Assembly (NCBI GenBank): GCA_033764955.1
Contig: JANRIL010000041.1
Coordinates: 32,001-96,000 of the forward strand
DNA length: 64,000 nucleotides
From: Cyanobacteriota bacterium
GTDB taxonomy: Bacteria; Cyanobacteriota; Cyanobacteriia; Thermostichales; Thermostichaceae
Direction: 5' to 3'
Shown piece after piece: positions 1 through 9,481 of the stretch (the stretch's first letter is position 1; each line of letters starts with the position of its first letter). Made by a program: the position numbers and the translations under genes. The notes beneath the pieces are model-generated. The model was not told the origin of the DNA. It worked only from the letters and a program-made list of their open reading frames with translations, and ran no database searches.

Positions 1-1263
1 ATGTCCATAGGGTTGTCCATGTTACCAACTGAACTGTTGATTCACCGCTCGCAGGGAGAATCCCTCCGACCCAAGCGCCTGCCCCTAGATGGTCGTCATC
101 GAGAACTAGCCAGCGAACTGATCCGTCTTTTTGCCGATCACCAAGGCAAAACCCAGGCCGAATTGGATCACCATCTGAAGGCGCTAGCGGGTGATAGCCC
201 TGATTATCGAGTCATGCGCGGCTTAGCCCACCTTCTCAAAAATCATTTTGCTCACTTTGAGGCCGTCAGTATTTTGCCTCCCGTAGATCTACGCCAGCGG
301 GTGTTTCGCCAAGCCGCTCAACGGATCCCCACGCCCGCTGTCCTGGCCGACTTACTCGATCAGATGGCTCTTCAACTCAGCCAAGAACTCAGCCAAGATC
401 TTCTCCCCATTCACCTGGAGGAAAGTCTCTACGCCGATCTCCCCGACAACCACCGCCTGACCACCTGGGATCCCCCCAGCCCCGACGCCCTGATCCACCG
501 CTACAACCTCTCTCAAGTGCAGGGCATTTTTTACAAAGCTAGCCAGGTGGTTTTACACGCCTACCGCAATGATCCCGGTGAATATAAGCTCCTGTTTCGC
601 TACCTGAAGTTGTTTCAACTGATGGCCTATATCGAGGGGGATGCTGACCACGGCTTCACGATCAGCGTGGATGGTCCCACCAGTTTGTTTGGGGCGAGTA
701 CCCGCTATGGTCTGGCGATGGCTAAGTGGATCCCGGCCTTGCTGCATGTCTCCCGTTGGAGTTTGACCGCTACGCTGCACAGTCGGGATCCCGATACCCG
801 CCAGCCGCGAATCGGACGGTTCAGCCTCGCTGCAGATTGTGGATTAGTCAGCCACTATCCCCCTAGCTCCCCCTACGACAGCTTGATCGAATCCTCTTTT
901 GCTGAGGCTTGGGCTACCCTCAAAACCGATTGGCAACTGGAGCGGGAAGTAGACTTAATCCCCCTGCCCGGCAGTGTGATGATTCCTGACTTTCGTTTGG
1001 TTCATCCCGACGGACGGGTTTATTTGTTAGAAATCATTGGTTATTGGCGACCGGACTATCTGAAAAAGAAGTTTTGGCAAGTGCGGCAATCCGGTTGTCG
1101 TCATTTAATCTTAGCGATTTCGGAGCGGCTCAATGTGGCCAAATCAGGGATCCAGTTACAAGATATCGGTGTTCCCATCCTCTGGTTTAAGGAGCGACTC
1201 TTGCCCAAAGCCGTCTTAGCGCTTCTCAACGCCGTCAAGCCAGCCAATGCCACCATAGAGTAG
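1..1263 (+). CDS. DUF790 family protein (predicted PD-(D/E)XK nuclease)
   Basis: 420-aa ORF with RYNLSQVQG, DGPTSLF..RYG and C-terminal MIPDF..LEIIGYW motifs typical of DUF790; true start may be ATG at 19. Confidence 0.8.
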   Translation: MSIGLSMLPTELLIHRSQGESLRPKRLPLDGRHRELASELIRLFADHQGKTQAELDHHLKALAGDSPDYRVMRGLAHLLKNHFAHFEAVSILPPVDLRQRVFRQAAQRIPTPAVLADLLDQMALQLSQELSQDLLPIHLEESLYADLPDNHRLTTWDPPSPDALIHRYNLSQVQGIFYKASQVVLHAYRNDPGEYKLLFRYLKLFQLMAYIEGDADHGFTISVDGPTSLFGASTRYGLAMAKWIPALLHVSRWSLTATLHSRDPDTRQPRIGRFSLAADCGLVSHYPPSSPYDSLIESSFAEAWATLKTDWQLEREVDLIPLPGSVMIPDFRLVHPDGRVYLLEIIGYWRPDYLKKKFWQVRQSGCRHLILAISERLNVAKSGIQLQDIGVPILWFKERLLPKAVLALLNAVKPANATIE

Positions 1264-1313
1264 CTAATGTCGAGGAACGGGGATCCCGAACCCCATCCAG
1301 CCACTAGGGAGTT

Positions 1314-2399
1314 TTGCTTGTGTCACGCCCCCTCCAGATCACCGATCAGCCCTGGGGAGAAACCTACTCGGAGATTATTGACGTTCGCTCCCCCAGCGAG
1401 TTTGCCGAGGATCACTGGCCGGGATCCGTCAATCTGCCTGTGCTCAACGATAGCGAACGGGCGGAGGTAGGCTGGCTCTACAAACAGGTGGATCCCTTAA
1501 CCGCCCGCAAACGGGGAGCCACTTTTGTGGCTGCCAACATTGCCCATCACCTCAACCAGCACTTTGTCGATAAAGACCGCCATTATCGCCCCCTCATCTA
1601 CTGCTGGCGGGGGGGACAGCGTTCCCGCAGCTTAGCCTTGGTGCTGGCGGAGGTGGGCTGGTGCGTCAGCCTACTGCAAGGGGGATACAAAACCTATCGC
1701 GCCTGGGTGCGGGAACAGCTCAAAACATTACCTGGCCGGTTTCACTATCGTCTCTTGTGTGGATCCACAGGATCCGGCAAAACCCTAATTCTGCGCCGCT
1801 TAGCCGTCCAGGGATCCCAGGTTTTGGATCTGGAGGGGCTGGCTTGCCATCGGGGATCCCTGTTGGGGGAAGAATGGCGGATCCCTCAGCCCAGCCAAAA
1901 GTGGTTTGAGACACAGCTTTGCCAAGCCCTCCAGCAGATGGATCCGCAGCGTCCGGTTTGGCTAGAAGCAGAAAGTTGCAAAGTGGGTCAACTGTATATC
2001 CCTCCCGCCCTTTGGCAAGCCATGCTACAAGCTCCTGCCCTGGAGATCCAGACCCCCCTTCCCGAACGGATCAAAGGATTAATCCAAGACTACCCCCACT
2101 GGATCGCCCAACCGGAATGGCTAAAAGCCAAGCTTATTTTGCTCAAGCCCCGCTATGGACAAGCCCAAATCACCCTTTGGCTAGATTGGATCGACCAACA
2201 GAACTGGTATTGCTTAGTCGAGGATCTCCTCAAGGTTCACTATGATCCCAGCTACTATCACGCCCTAGAGCGCAGCTTCCGACCGAGCAGCGAGCGCATA
2301 GTCCTAGCTGATTTCTCAGAGGGCAGCCTCCAGCAGGCGGTGCAAAAGCTTCAGCATTGGCAAGGGATCCCTCTGCCTCGCCCCGTTAACCCAGCCTGA
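1314..2399 (+). CDS. mnmH: tRNA 2-selenouridine synthase
   Basis: Rhodanese DVRSPSEF and YCWRGGQRS plus P-loop GSTGSGKT and DLEGLACHRGS. Confidence 0.9.
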   Translation: MLVSRPLQITDQPWGETYSEIIDVRSPSEFAEDHWPGSVNLPVLNDSERAEVGWLYKQVDPLTARKRGATFVAANIAHHLNQHFVDKDRHYRPLIYCWRGGQRSRSLALVLAEVGWCVSLLQGGYKTYRAWVREQLKTLPGRFHYRLLCGSTGSGKTLILRRLAVQGSQVLDLEGLACHRGSLLGEEWRIPQPSQKWFETQLCQALQQMDPQRPVWLEAESCKVGQLYIPPALWQAMLQAPALEIQTPLPERIKGLIQDYPHWIAQPEWLKAKLILLKPRYGQAQITLWLDWIDQQNWYCLVEDLLKVHYDPSYYHALERSFRPSSERIVLADFSEGSLQQAVQKLQHWQGIPLPRPVNPA

Positions 2400-2412
2400 T
2401 CAACTGGGCTGT

Positions 2413-3579
2413 TCATCCACCAAAATGAATTTGGACTAAAGAAACATCATCTGCAAAACTGTCTCGGCCACCAAATTGCTGCACCTCCTGCAAGATCTGA
2501 TCCAAGGGATGTAGAGAAGGTTGTGGATGAACCAGGCTGTGGTTTAGTCCCAACAACCCCCATAGCTGACCCTCTAAATTGGTTACCTCATAGACTCCAT
2601 CACTAAATAAATAGAGAAAACTATCTTTCTCAAGCTGACAAACCGACTCGATAAAAGTTGTATTGGGCATCATCCCAATCGGGATATTCGCGGTTTTTAA
2701 GGCTTGAACAGAAGATCCAGAAGCCCCGTGATGAACCAAAAGAGCCGGAGGATGTCCGGCACTGGCATAAACCAACTGGCGATGCTGCGGTTGATAGACC
2801 CCATACCAAATCGTAAAATACATTTCGTTCTGGTTCGCCATCTGAAACGTATCGTTGAGGCTGGCTAGCACGGAAGCTGGTTGAGCAAAATCAGTGGAAG
2901 GCAAAGAGGGGAATAACCCCTGCGTCAAAGTTGCTGAACGCAGTAGATTCATGACTGAAACTGACAATAAAGCCGCTCCCACCCCATGACCCGAAACATC
3001 CAATAAATAGAGAGCCAAGTGATCGGCATCTAACCAATAATAGTTAAAGCAATCTCCCCCCAAATGCTGGGAAGGAATAAACCGCCAATCGGCCTTTATT
3101 TGGTATTCAGAAAAAAGTTGACTGGGTGGCAGTAAGGACTGCACATATTTGGCCGCTTCTGCCAATTCTGCCTGTAAAAGTTGCGTTTGTTTGGTCAAAT
3201 CGCGGCTTAACTCATGCAACCGCAAACCCGCCCTTACCCTGGCTTGCAATTCATTGGAATCAATGGGCTTGGCTAAAAATTCATCTGCTCCTGCATCCAG
3301 TCCTAAAACTCGATCCTCCACCTCGGTACGGGAGGTGAGCAAGATAAAAAATGTTGTGGAAAATTGGACTTGTGACTTCAGATGACGACAAACTTGTAAG
3401 CCATCCATCGCGGGCATCATCCAATCACAGATGATCAAAGCAGGTAGATATTGCTGAGCCTGCTCCAAGCCCTCTTGGCCATCACAAGCAATCCTGACTT
3501 GGTGCCCCTGTCGCTCTAAGCCTCGCTTAAGCACCATGCGAATGGTGGGGTCATCATCAATAATTAGTATCTCGGCCAT
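2413..3579 (-). CDS. Response regulator with PP2C/SpoIIE (RsbU-like) phosphatase output
   Basis: N-terminal receiver (IIDDD, CDWMMP, KP) plus GGDCF, DVSGHG, FSDG and DDVS PP2C motifs. Confidence 0.9.
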   Translation of the reverse strand: MAEILIIDDDPTIRMVLKRGLERQGHQVRIACDGQEGLEQAQQYLPALIICDWMMPAMDGLQVCRHLKSQVQFSTTFFILLTSRTEVEDRVLGLDAGADEFLAKPIDSNELQARVRAGLRLHELSRDLTKQTQLLQAELAEAAKYVQSLLPPSQLFSEYQIKADWRFIPSQHLGGDCFNYYWLDADHLALYLLDVSGHGVGAALLSVSVMNLLRSATLTQGLFPSLPSTDFAQPASVLASLNDTFQMANQNEMYFTIWYGVYQPQHRQLVYASAGHPPALLVHHGASGSSVQALKTANIPIGMMPNTTFIESVCQLEKDSFLYLFSDGVYEVTNLEGQLWGLLGLNHSLVHPQPSLHPLDQILQEVQQFGGRDSFADDVSLVQIHFGG

Positions 3580-3759
3580 AAACCAGCCAAACAAGCATGT
3601 TTACTTAACAAACACTTTATTTTATGTAGATGCTTCATTTGTTCATCAATATTTATTCATGAACATTATTGAGAGGAGCTCAACAGGAGCAAGGCATAGA
3701 ACGACACCCAAAATTTCGGATGATTTTCCCACCCAATGGGCGGCAATTAACCATACAAT

Positions 3760-3801
3760 GCAATCTAGTCATGGCAATCTAGTCATGGCGATCTAGTCAT
3801 G
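3760..3801. repeat. 14-bp tandem repeat x3 (GCAATCTAGTCATG)
   Basis: Three adjacent copies with one mismatch, in the divergent intergenic region. Confidence 0.9.
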
Positions 3802-3897
3802 GTCTCTAATTATATTATCTGGGTCTGCTCCTGAGTTGAGCAACTTCATCTTACGAAAGACTAGCCTTGCGGATGCAAATCCTGGAGGGAATGTTTT

Positions 3898-4389
3898 ATG
3901 CTGACATCAGTATATCCCGCTAGCAAGTTCTGGAGCCAGTTTTATCCCGTGGTGCAAACCTTTTCTCTGCGGGTCGATACTTCTTTAGATGCTCTCAATC
4001 AAGTTCTGAGTTGGTTTGAAGCATTTAAGAATGATCCGATTCCTAGTTCTGTGTGGATGAAGTGCCAACTCGCACTGGTAGAGGGATTTACCAATACGGT
4101 TCGCCATGCTCACAAATCTCTGGCTGCAGATACTCCCATTGATCTGGAGTTAACCCTGTTGCCAGAAGGTTTGGAGATCCGCATTTGGGATCAGGGAGCG
4201 CCCTTCGATATGATGGCGTTTATCGAAAAAATCGGTGACAAGGTGGATGAAGAGGCAGAAGGAGGACGGGGCATTCATCTCATGAAGGTCATTGCCAGCC
4301 ATCTCAGCTATACACGCCTCGCTGATGGGCGTAATTGCCTATTGCTGCAAAAAGATTATGCGGATGAGTTAGATGCTTCCCGCCTCTAG
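3898..4389 (+). CDS. Anti-sigma factor/Ser kinase (RsbW-like HATPase_c)
   Basis: LALVEGFTNTVRHA, IWDQG and GGRGI motifs. Confidence 0.85.
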   Translation: MLTSVYPASKFWSQFYPVVQTFSLRVDTSLDALNQVLSWFEAFKNDPIPSSVWMKCQLALVEGFTNTVRHAHKSLAADTPIDLELTLLPEGLEIRIWDQGAPFDMMAFIEKIGDKVDEEAEGGRGIHLMKVIASHLSYTRLADGRNCLLLQKDYADELDASRL

Positions 4390-5056
4390 CGCCACACCGG
4401 ATCCCTCTCCCCAACCGCGCCAGGGAGGGCAGCCTCGGCAAGACTGGCTGTTTTATCACCTACTTAAGTGGTTGGTGGTCAACCCCCTATTTCGGCTGAT
4501 CTATTGGGGCAAGGTATATGGGGCTGAACGGGTAGATCGGCATCATCCTCTGATTGTGGTGAGCAATCATGCTAGCCATTTTGACCCACCGATTCTTTCT
4601 AACAGTGTCTGTCGTCCAGTGGCGTTTATGGCGAAAGCAGAGTTGTTTCAAATTCCTTTCCTCAAACAGGCTATTCAACTGTATGGAGCTTATCCCGTTA
4701 AGCGAGGGGGTAGTGATCGCTCCGCTCTCCGGGCAACCGAAGCGGCTTTGCAAAAGGGGTGGGCGGTGGGAATTTTTTTGAATGGAACGCGCACTCTCGA
4801 CGGTCGCATCAACCAGCCTCACTTGGGGGCTGCTTTGATCAGCGCCCGCACCCAAACCCCCCTCCTCCCTGTTGCCCTCTGGGGAACCGAGCAGGTTTTG
4901 CCCAAAGGTCGTAAATTTCCCCGCCTCTTTTGTCCGATTACCGTGCGGATTGGAGATCCGATTCCACCGCCTGCTTCTAGCGAGCGGGAAGACTTGCTGA
5001 TCACCACCCAAGCCTGCGTAGAGACTATTCATCGTTTGCTGGCCCAAGGTCGATAA
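4373..5056 (+). CDS. plsC: 1-acyl-sn-glycerol-3-phosphate acyltransferase
   Basis: NHASHFD, FMAKAELF and FLNGTR motifs. Confidence 0.9.
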   Translation: MLPASSATPDPSPQPRQGGQPRQDWLFYHLLKWLVVNPLFRLIYWGKVYGAERVDRHHPLIVVSNHASHFDPPILSNSVCRPVAFMAKAELFQIPFLKQAIQLYGAYPVKRGGSDRSALRATEAALQKGWAVGIFLNGTRTLDGRINQPHLGAALISARTQTPLLPVALWGTEQVLPKGRKFPRLFCPITVRIGDPIPPPASSEREDLLITTQACVETIHRLLAQGR

Positions 5057-5087
5057 TTGCCCCCCATATCAGCCAGCTCTTTCCCTG

Positions 5088-5597
5088 ATGGTCGAATTAT
5101 TTATGTTGGGTTTAACGGAAGATAGTCACCCACCCTGGCCGATGGCCGAAATGCTAATGATCTTTTTTGGTCTATCTGCCCCAGCCCAGCAGGCTATGTT
5201 GCCTAAGCTAGCCATAGCCCAAAAGTTTGATTTTCCTGAAGGGGATTTGCTCTCAGCCAATGCGCTGGAAATATTACTGAATAGTTACAAGGCTTGCCTA
5301 AACACAATTGCTATCCATTTCTTGATCCAGATGGATGAGCTTGAGAAACAGGGTCAGCAGGATGCTTTGCTTTTAGAGTTAACCGATATTGTTGATCAAA
5401 CTTTGTATGAAATCAGCCAACGAGAGGGGAGTTTTGCTCTGGAGGAGGATGCTCATCAATCCACCAGCAGCCTAGATCATCCGGCCTGGGATCCCCTTCG
5501 CAAATGGTCTTTAACCCTAAAAAATCATCTGCATCTTGAGAGGGAAATTACTCCCCCCATGGTGAAATCTTGCCTAACCTATTGGCTACACCCATAG
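5088..5597 (+). CDS. Hypothetical protein
   Basis: 169-aa ORF following plsC; no motif recognised. Confidence 0.6.
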   Translation: MVELFMLGLTEDSHPPWPMAEMLMIFFGLSAPAQQAMLPKLAIAQKFDFPEGDLLSANALEILLNSYKACLNTIAIHFLIQMDELEKQGQQDALLLELTDIVDQTLYEISQREGSFALEEDAHQSTSSLDHPAWDPLRKWSLTLKNHLHLEREITPPMVKSCLTYWLHP

Positions 5598-5648
5598 CCG
5601 CATTTTTCATCGACCATCTGCACCCGATCAACAACAGGTGTCTGACTC

Positions 5649-5676
5649 AAAAAAGTCCCCTTAAGTTAAGGGGACT
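5649..5676 (-). terminator. Intrinsic terminator (may act in both directions)
   Basis: AGTCCCCTTAA-G-TTAAGGGGACT inverted repeat with a T-run on the minus strand, between convergent genes. Confidence 0.7.
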
Positions 5677-5715
5677 ATCAGGAGAAAAGATGATGGCTAA
5701 AGGGTGGGAATGCCC

Positions 5716-6237
5716 CTATCCAGCTTGGTTAATTTTGGCATCCTCTACCAATCGTGCCAGCAGGGAGGGAGAATCATCGGGAGGCAAATCCAACACTAGC
5801 TGATCTTGCACCTCCGGCATAGCAGGAAGCGGCCCAAAATCAGGAAAAGCAGATTCAGGAATCTCGGATAAAACACTCTTCTGATCGACAGACTTAAGGA
5901 GGGAGTATTTAGGTTCCCCTTTAGAGAAGGTTTGGATGCGCCCCCAGAATTTTTTCTCATAGGGGTTGAAGTAGTAGAGATAGTCAGGCTTCGTAGGAGT
6001 ATAGATGACAAACTGATGCTTATAGCCAGCGTAGCTAGGGGTCGGTTTATAGTAGTAAGTCCGAAACGAAAACTGAGGGGTTTTTACCCAGTCAGAATAA
6101 AATTGACGGGGAGATGCAAACTCAGCCGCCGTTGCTCCTGCTTTGTCTTCTCCAGCCAAAACATGGCTGGTTCCCACCAGAATCAGTACCAAGAAACTAG
6201 CCAAAACCAAGGCTAGGGGTTTCAGGAATTTACCCAT
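5716..6237 (-). CDS. Secreted Tyr-rich hypothetical protein
   Basis: Signal peptide MGKFLKPLALVLASFLVLILVG..VLA; aromatic-rich mature domain. Confidence 0.7.
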   Translation of the reverse strand: MGKFLKPLALVLASFLVLILVGTSHVLAGEDKAGATAAEFASPRQFYSDWVKTPQFSFRTYYYKPTPSYAGYKHQFVIYTPTKPDYLYYFNPYEKKFWGRIQTFSKGEPKYSLLKSVDQKSVLSEIPESAFPDFGPLPAMPEVQDQLVLDLPPDDSPSLLARLVEDAKINQAG

Positions 6238-6511
6238 GGTCAGACTCCCAAATCGGTTAATCACAACGATACCTCATGCGTATCAATCTGGATTTAGTAC
6301 GGGGCTATCGAGAAATCAGATTTAACAAAAATATCATTGTGATCACAATCACTTTTCCCAGATTTCTATAACAAATTTCGATCTTTAACTTCAAAACAAG
6401 AGATTTGATGGATGACTTTGATGTTATGATTTCGTTTCGTAACGCGATCCCCATTTTCCTCCCCGCTACTCCCTCCTTTGCGGTTTGCCACTAAGCTGGA
6501 TCCCGTAGCCC

Positions 6512-7207
6512 TTGCCTAGTCTTAAATTTGTGAGTCAACCTCGTCCCCAGGTGGGGGAATTTCCCTCCCTGCCGCCCCCGCCCCCCCGCCCCCCTGCTTT
6601 GCGCTTGGTGGAAACGGCTTTTTTGGCCAGTACGGCTGTACTTGCTTGGATTTTGAGCCTTACCCCTCTAGCCCCGATTGTTCGTCTGTTTTTTCCGATT
6701 CCAGTAGCTTTAGGGGTGATGCGCTGGGATCCCCGCACGGGCTGGATGACCTTGGTGGTATCGGGTTTGTTGTTAACGATTTTGATGGGGCCGACCCGCA
6801 GCATTCTCTATGTCATTCCCTACGCCTGGATTGGACAGTGGTGCGGCGAGCTGTGGAAGCAAGGCCGCTCCTGGTACTGGTCGATGCTGGTGGGATCCCT
6901 GATCAGTACGGGGGGGTTGATCTTTCAATTTGTCTTTTCGTCGGTGATGCTGGGGGAAAATCTCTGGACTTATCTGACCATTCAACTCACCAACCTGACC
7001 AACTGGCTTTTAGACATCACCCTCAGCCGCTTGGGTATTTATTGGGTGGCGGATCCCTGGATGATTCAAGTAACGGTGATCGGGTTTATTGCCCTCAACT
7101 CCGTTATTTATGTCTTTACTGTGCATTTAGTGGCAGCTCTGGTTATGGAGCGGTTACGCTGCCCCCTTCCTCCCCCGCCCAGATGGGTACAGTTTTTGTT
7201 GGAGTAA
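6512..7207 (+). CDS. DUF2232 family membrane protein
   Basis: LVETAFLAS, FFPIPVAL and LMGPTRS motifs; several TM segments. Confidence 0.8.
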   Translation: MPSLKFVSQPRPQVGEFPSLPPPPPRPPALRLVETAFLASTAVLAWILSLTPLAPIVRLFFPIPVALGVMRWDPRTGWMTLVVSGLLLTILMGPTRSILYVIPYAWIGQWCGELWKQGRSWYWSMLVGSLISTGGLIFQFVFSSVMLGENLWTYLTIQLTNLTNWLLDITLSRLGIYWVADPWMIQVTVIGFIALNSVIYVFTVHLVAALVMERLRCPLPPPPRWVQFLLE

Positions 7208-7363
7208 CCCCCGTCCCCTCTGGCACGATAATTCCCAGAAGAAACTCAAAAACATTAGCAATCAAGTTTGGCCTGGACTAGTCAGGTTGGGACAGATGTA
7301 GCTAGAATAACTAAGCTTCAGGGCTTGTCTTTGATATTGTTTCACGCCCTGTCTCCAAGATTC

Positions 7364-7927
7364 ATGATGCCAATTCCTGCCCTTTCCCACGACCTCCACT
7401 ATCGGGCGCTCGGTTTGATCAAAGGCACATTACAGCGCATTTCTGACCATCAGGGTTTATTGCTGACTGAAGATGGGCAAGAATATCCGGCTACCCCAGG
7501 CCGCGCTCAGATCCTCAAAAAATTTAGCCAGTGCCTCGATAGCCCGCAGCCCCACTGGTTTTATGTTCAGCCGCAGCCTCGACCCGGTGGGGTCTTGGGA
7601 CTGGGGATCATCCGCATTTTAGGGCTACCCGAAGAGGAGCAGGATCCCGCCCATTTTGAGGCAGAATTTCCCCTGGCTCCCCCTGATATGGCGGAAGGAT
7701 TTCATATTCGCGGGGATATTCAGATCGGCAAAGGCACGATCACCGTCTCCGTCAAGCGCAAACCCCAAGGGGCAAAGCAGTTCCCCCCCCTACAGATCCC
7801 ATTGGAGGGTTTTTTACCCGGATCCAACGATGGTGAATTTTGGGATTTGCAAGCGGAGCGAGAAGGGCAGTCCCTCGTTTTGATGGATGGCAGCCGCGTT
7901 TTACCGGCTCGCTCCCCAGCCAGCTAA
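7364..7927 (+). CDS. Hypothetical cyanobacterial protein
   Basis: ORF with YRALGLIKG motif; ATG at 7364 in frame. Confidence 0.6.
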   Translation: MMPIPALSHDLHYRALGLIKGTLQRISDHQGLLLTEDGQEYPATPGRAQILKKFSQCLDSPQPHWFYVQPQPRPGGVLGLGIIRILGLPEEEQDPAHFEAEFPLAPPDMAEGFHIRGDIQIGKGTITVSVKRKPQGAKQFPPLQIPLEGFLPGSNDGEFWDLQAEREGQSLVLMDGSRVLPARSPAS

Positions 7928-8094
7928 CCCCGGCGATGGACACGCCATCCCTCACCATCTCTACCCATGTCACCCCAATAAAATGGCCGGATAAAATGGC
8001 TGGAACCTCGCAGCCTAATTTGAGTGACTAGAGCCTTTACCCCTTGCACTGCTCTATCTGACCAGCGTCCCCATCTCCCGTCATTTCTCCCCCC

Positions 8095-9312
8095 GTGAAC
8101 GATAGCCCTCCGTCTGCCCCATCTGCCTCCAGAGCAACGCCCCCTCCTCTCGCGGCTCGTGTTGCCTGCTTGACTCCTTCCACCACCCTCGCCATCTCCG
8201 CCAAAGCCAAAGCCATGCAGACGGCTGGGTTGGATGTGTGCAGCTTTAGTGCTGGAGAACCAGACTTTGATACGCCCCCCCACATTCGAGCCGCTGCCGT
8301 GCGCGCGCTGGAGGAGGGCAAAACCCGCTATGGTCCTGCCGCCGGGATCCCAGCGTTGCGGGAAGCTATTGCCCACAAATTGCGGCAAGAGAACGGGTTG
8401 ACCTATTCCCCTGAGCAGGTGATGGTCAGCAATGGCGGCAAACAAACCCTCTACAACCTGATGATGGTTCTGCTTGACCCTGGGGATGAGGTGATTATTC
8501 CGGCTCCCTACTGGGTGAGCTATCCCGAAATGGTGGCCTTAACAGGGGCAACTTCGGTCATTCTGCCCACAACAGAAGCCCAAGGATTCAAAATCACCCC
8601 CGCCCAGTTGCAGGCAGCCATCACCCCTGCCACTAAACTATTGGTTCTCAACTCCCCCTCCAATCCAACGGGATCCGTCTATACGCCAGCCGAGTTAGCC
8701 GCTCTTGGGGAGGTGATTGAGCCACACAACTTTTATGTAATCAGCGATGAAATCTACGAAAAGCTGGTCTATGACGGGGCTACCCATGTCAGCCTGGGAT
8801 CCCTGAGTCCGCATCTTTTGGAACGAACGCTTGTCAGCAGTGGTTTTGCCAAAGCCTATGCCATGACGGGTTGGCGGATCGGTTATCTGGCAGGTTCCCG
8901 TTCCATCATCCAAGCCGCCACCAATTTACAAAGCCATAGCACGTCCAACATCTGCACCTTCGCCCAATATGGCGCACTCGCCGCTCTGGTCAGCCCGGAG
9001 TCACCGTCAGCCATCGAAGCTATGCGAAAGGTATTTGAGGAACGCCGCCGGGTGATGGTGGAGGGGTTAGCCGGGATCCCTGGTTTAACCTGCGCTACCC
9101 CGATGGGAGCTTTTTATGCCTTCCCCAATATTCAAGCGACGGGTCTGAAGTCTCTGGAGTTTTGTAGTCGCCTTCTGCACGATCATCAGGTGGCTGCTGT
9201 TCCTGGCCTCGCCTTTGGAGCTGACGATTACATTCGCCTCTCCTACGCTACCGACTTGGATACCATCCAAAAAGGATTGTACCGCCTAGAAAAATTCGTC
9301 CAATCGTTGTGA
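8095..9312 (+). CDS. aspC: PLP-dependent aspartate aminotransferase (class I/II)
   Basis: [19 protein letters not shown] and [11 protein letters not shown] motifs. Confidence 0.9.
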   Translation: MNDSPPSAPSASRATPPPLAARVACLTPSTTLAISAKAKAMQTAGLDVCSFSAGEPDFDTPPHIRAAAVRALEEGKTRYGPAAGIPALREAIAHKLRQENGLTYSPEQVMVSNGGKQTLYNLMMVLLDPGDEVIIPAPYWVSYPEMVALTGATSVILPTTEAQGFKITPAQLQAAITPATKLLVLNSPSNPTGSVYTPAELAALGEVIEPHNFYVISDEIYEKLVYDGATHVSLGSLSPHLLERTLVSSGFAKAYAMTGWRIGYLAGSRSIIQAATNLQSHSTSNICTFAQYGALAALVSPESPSAIEAMRKVFEERRRVMVEGLAGIPGLTCATPMGAFYAFPNIQATGLKSLEFCSRLLHDHQVAAVPGLAFGADDYIRLSYATDLDTIQKGLYRLEKFVQSL

Positions 9313-9481
9313 AAGGGCTGGCGGATTGGCATCCTCTTAACGGCCTAAACTCCCGCCAAATTCACTAACCTCTACGGGCATCTTTACGGGTATTAGGGGA
9401 TCCCTTGACCACAAGAGCCTCTGGCTAGCTAAGAAGCAGGGTGATAGGCTGTTTTGTGGTGTGCTGGTGGGGACAAAAAAC

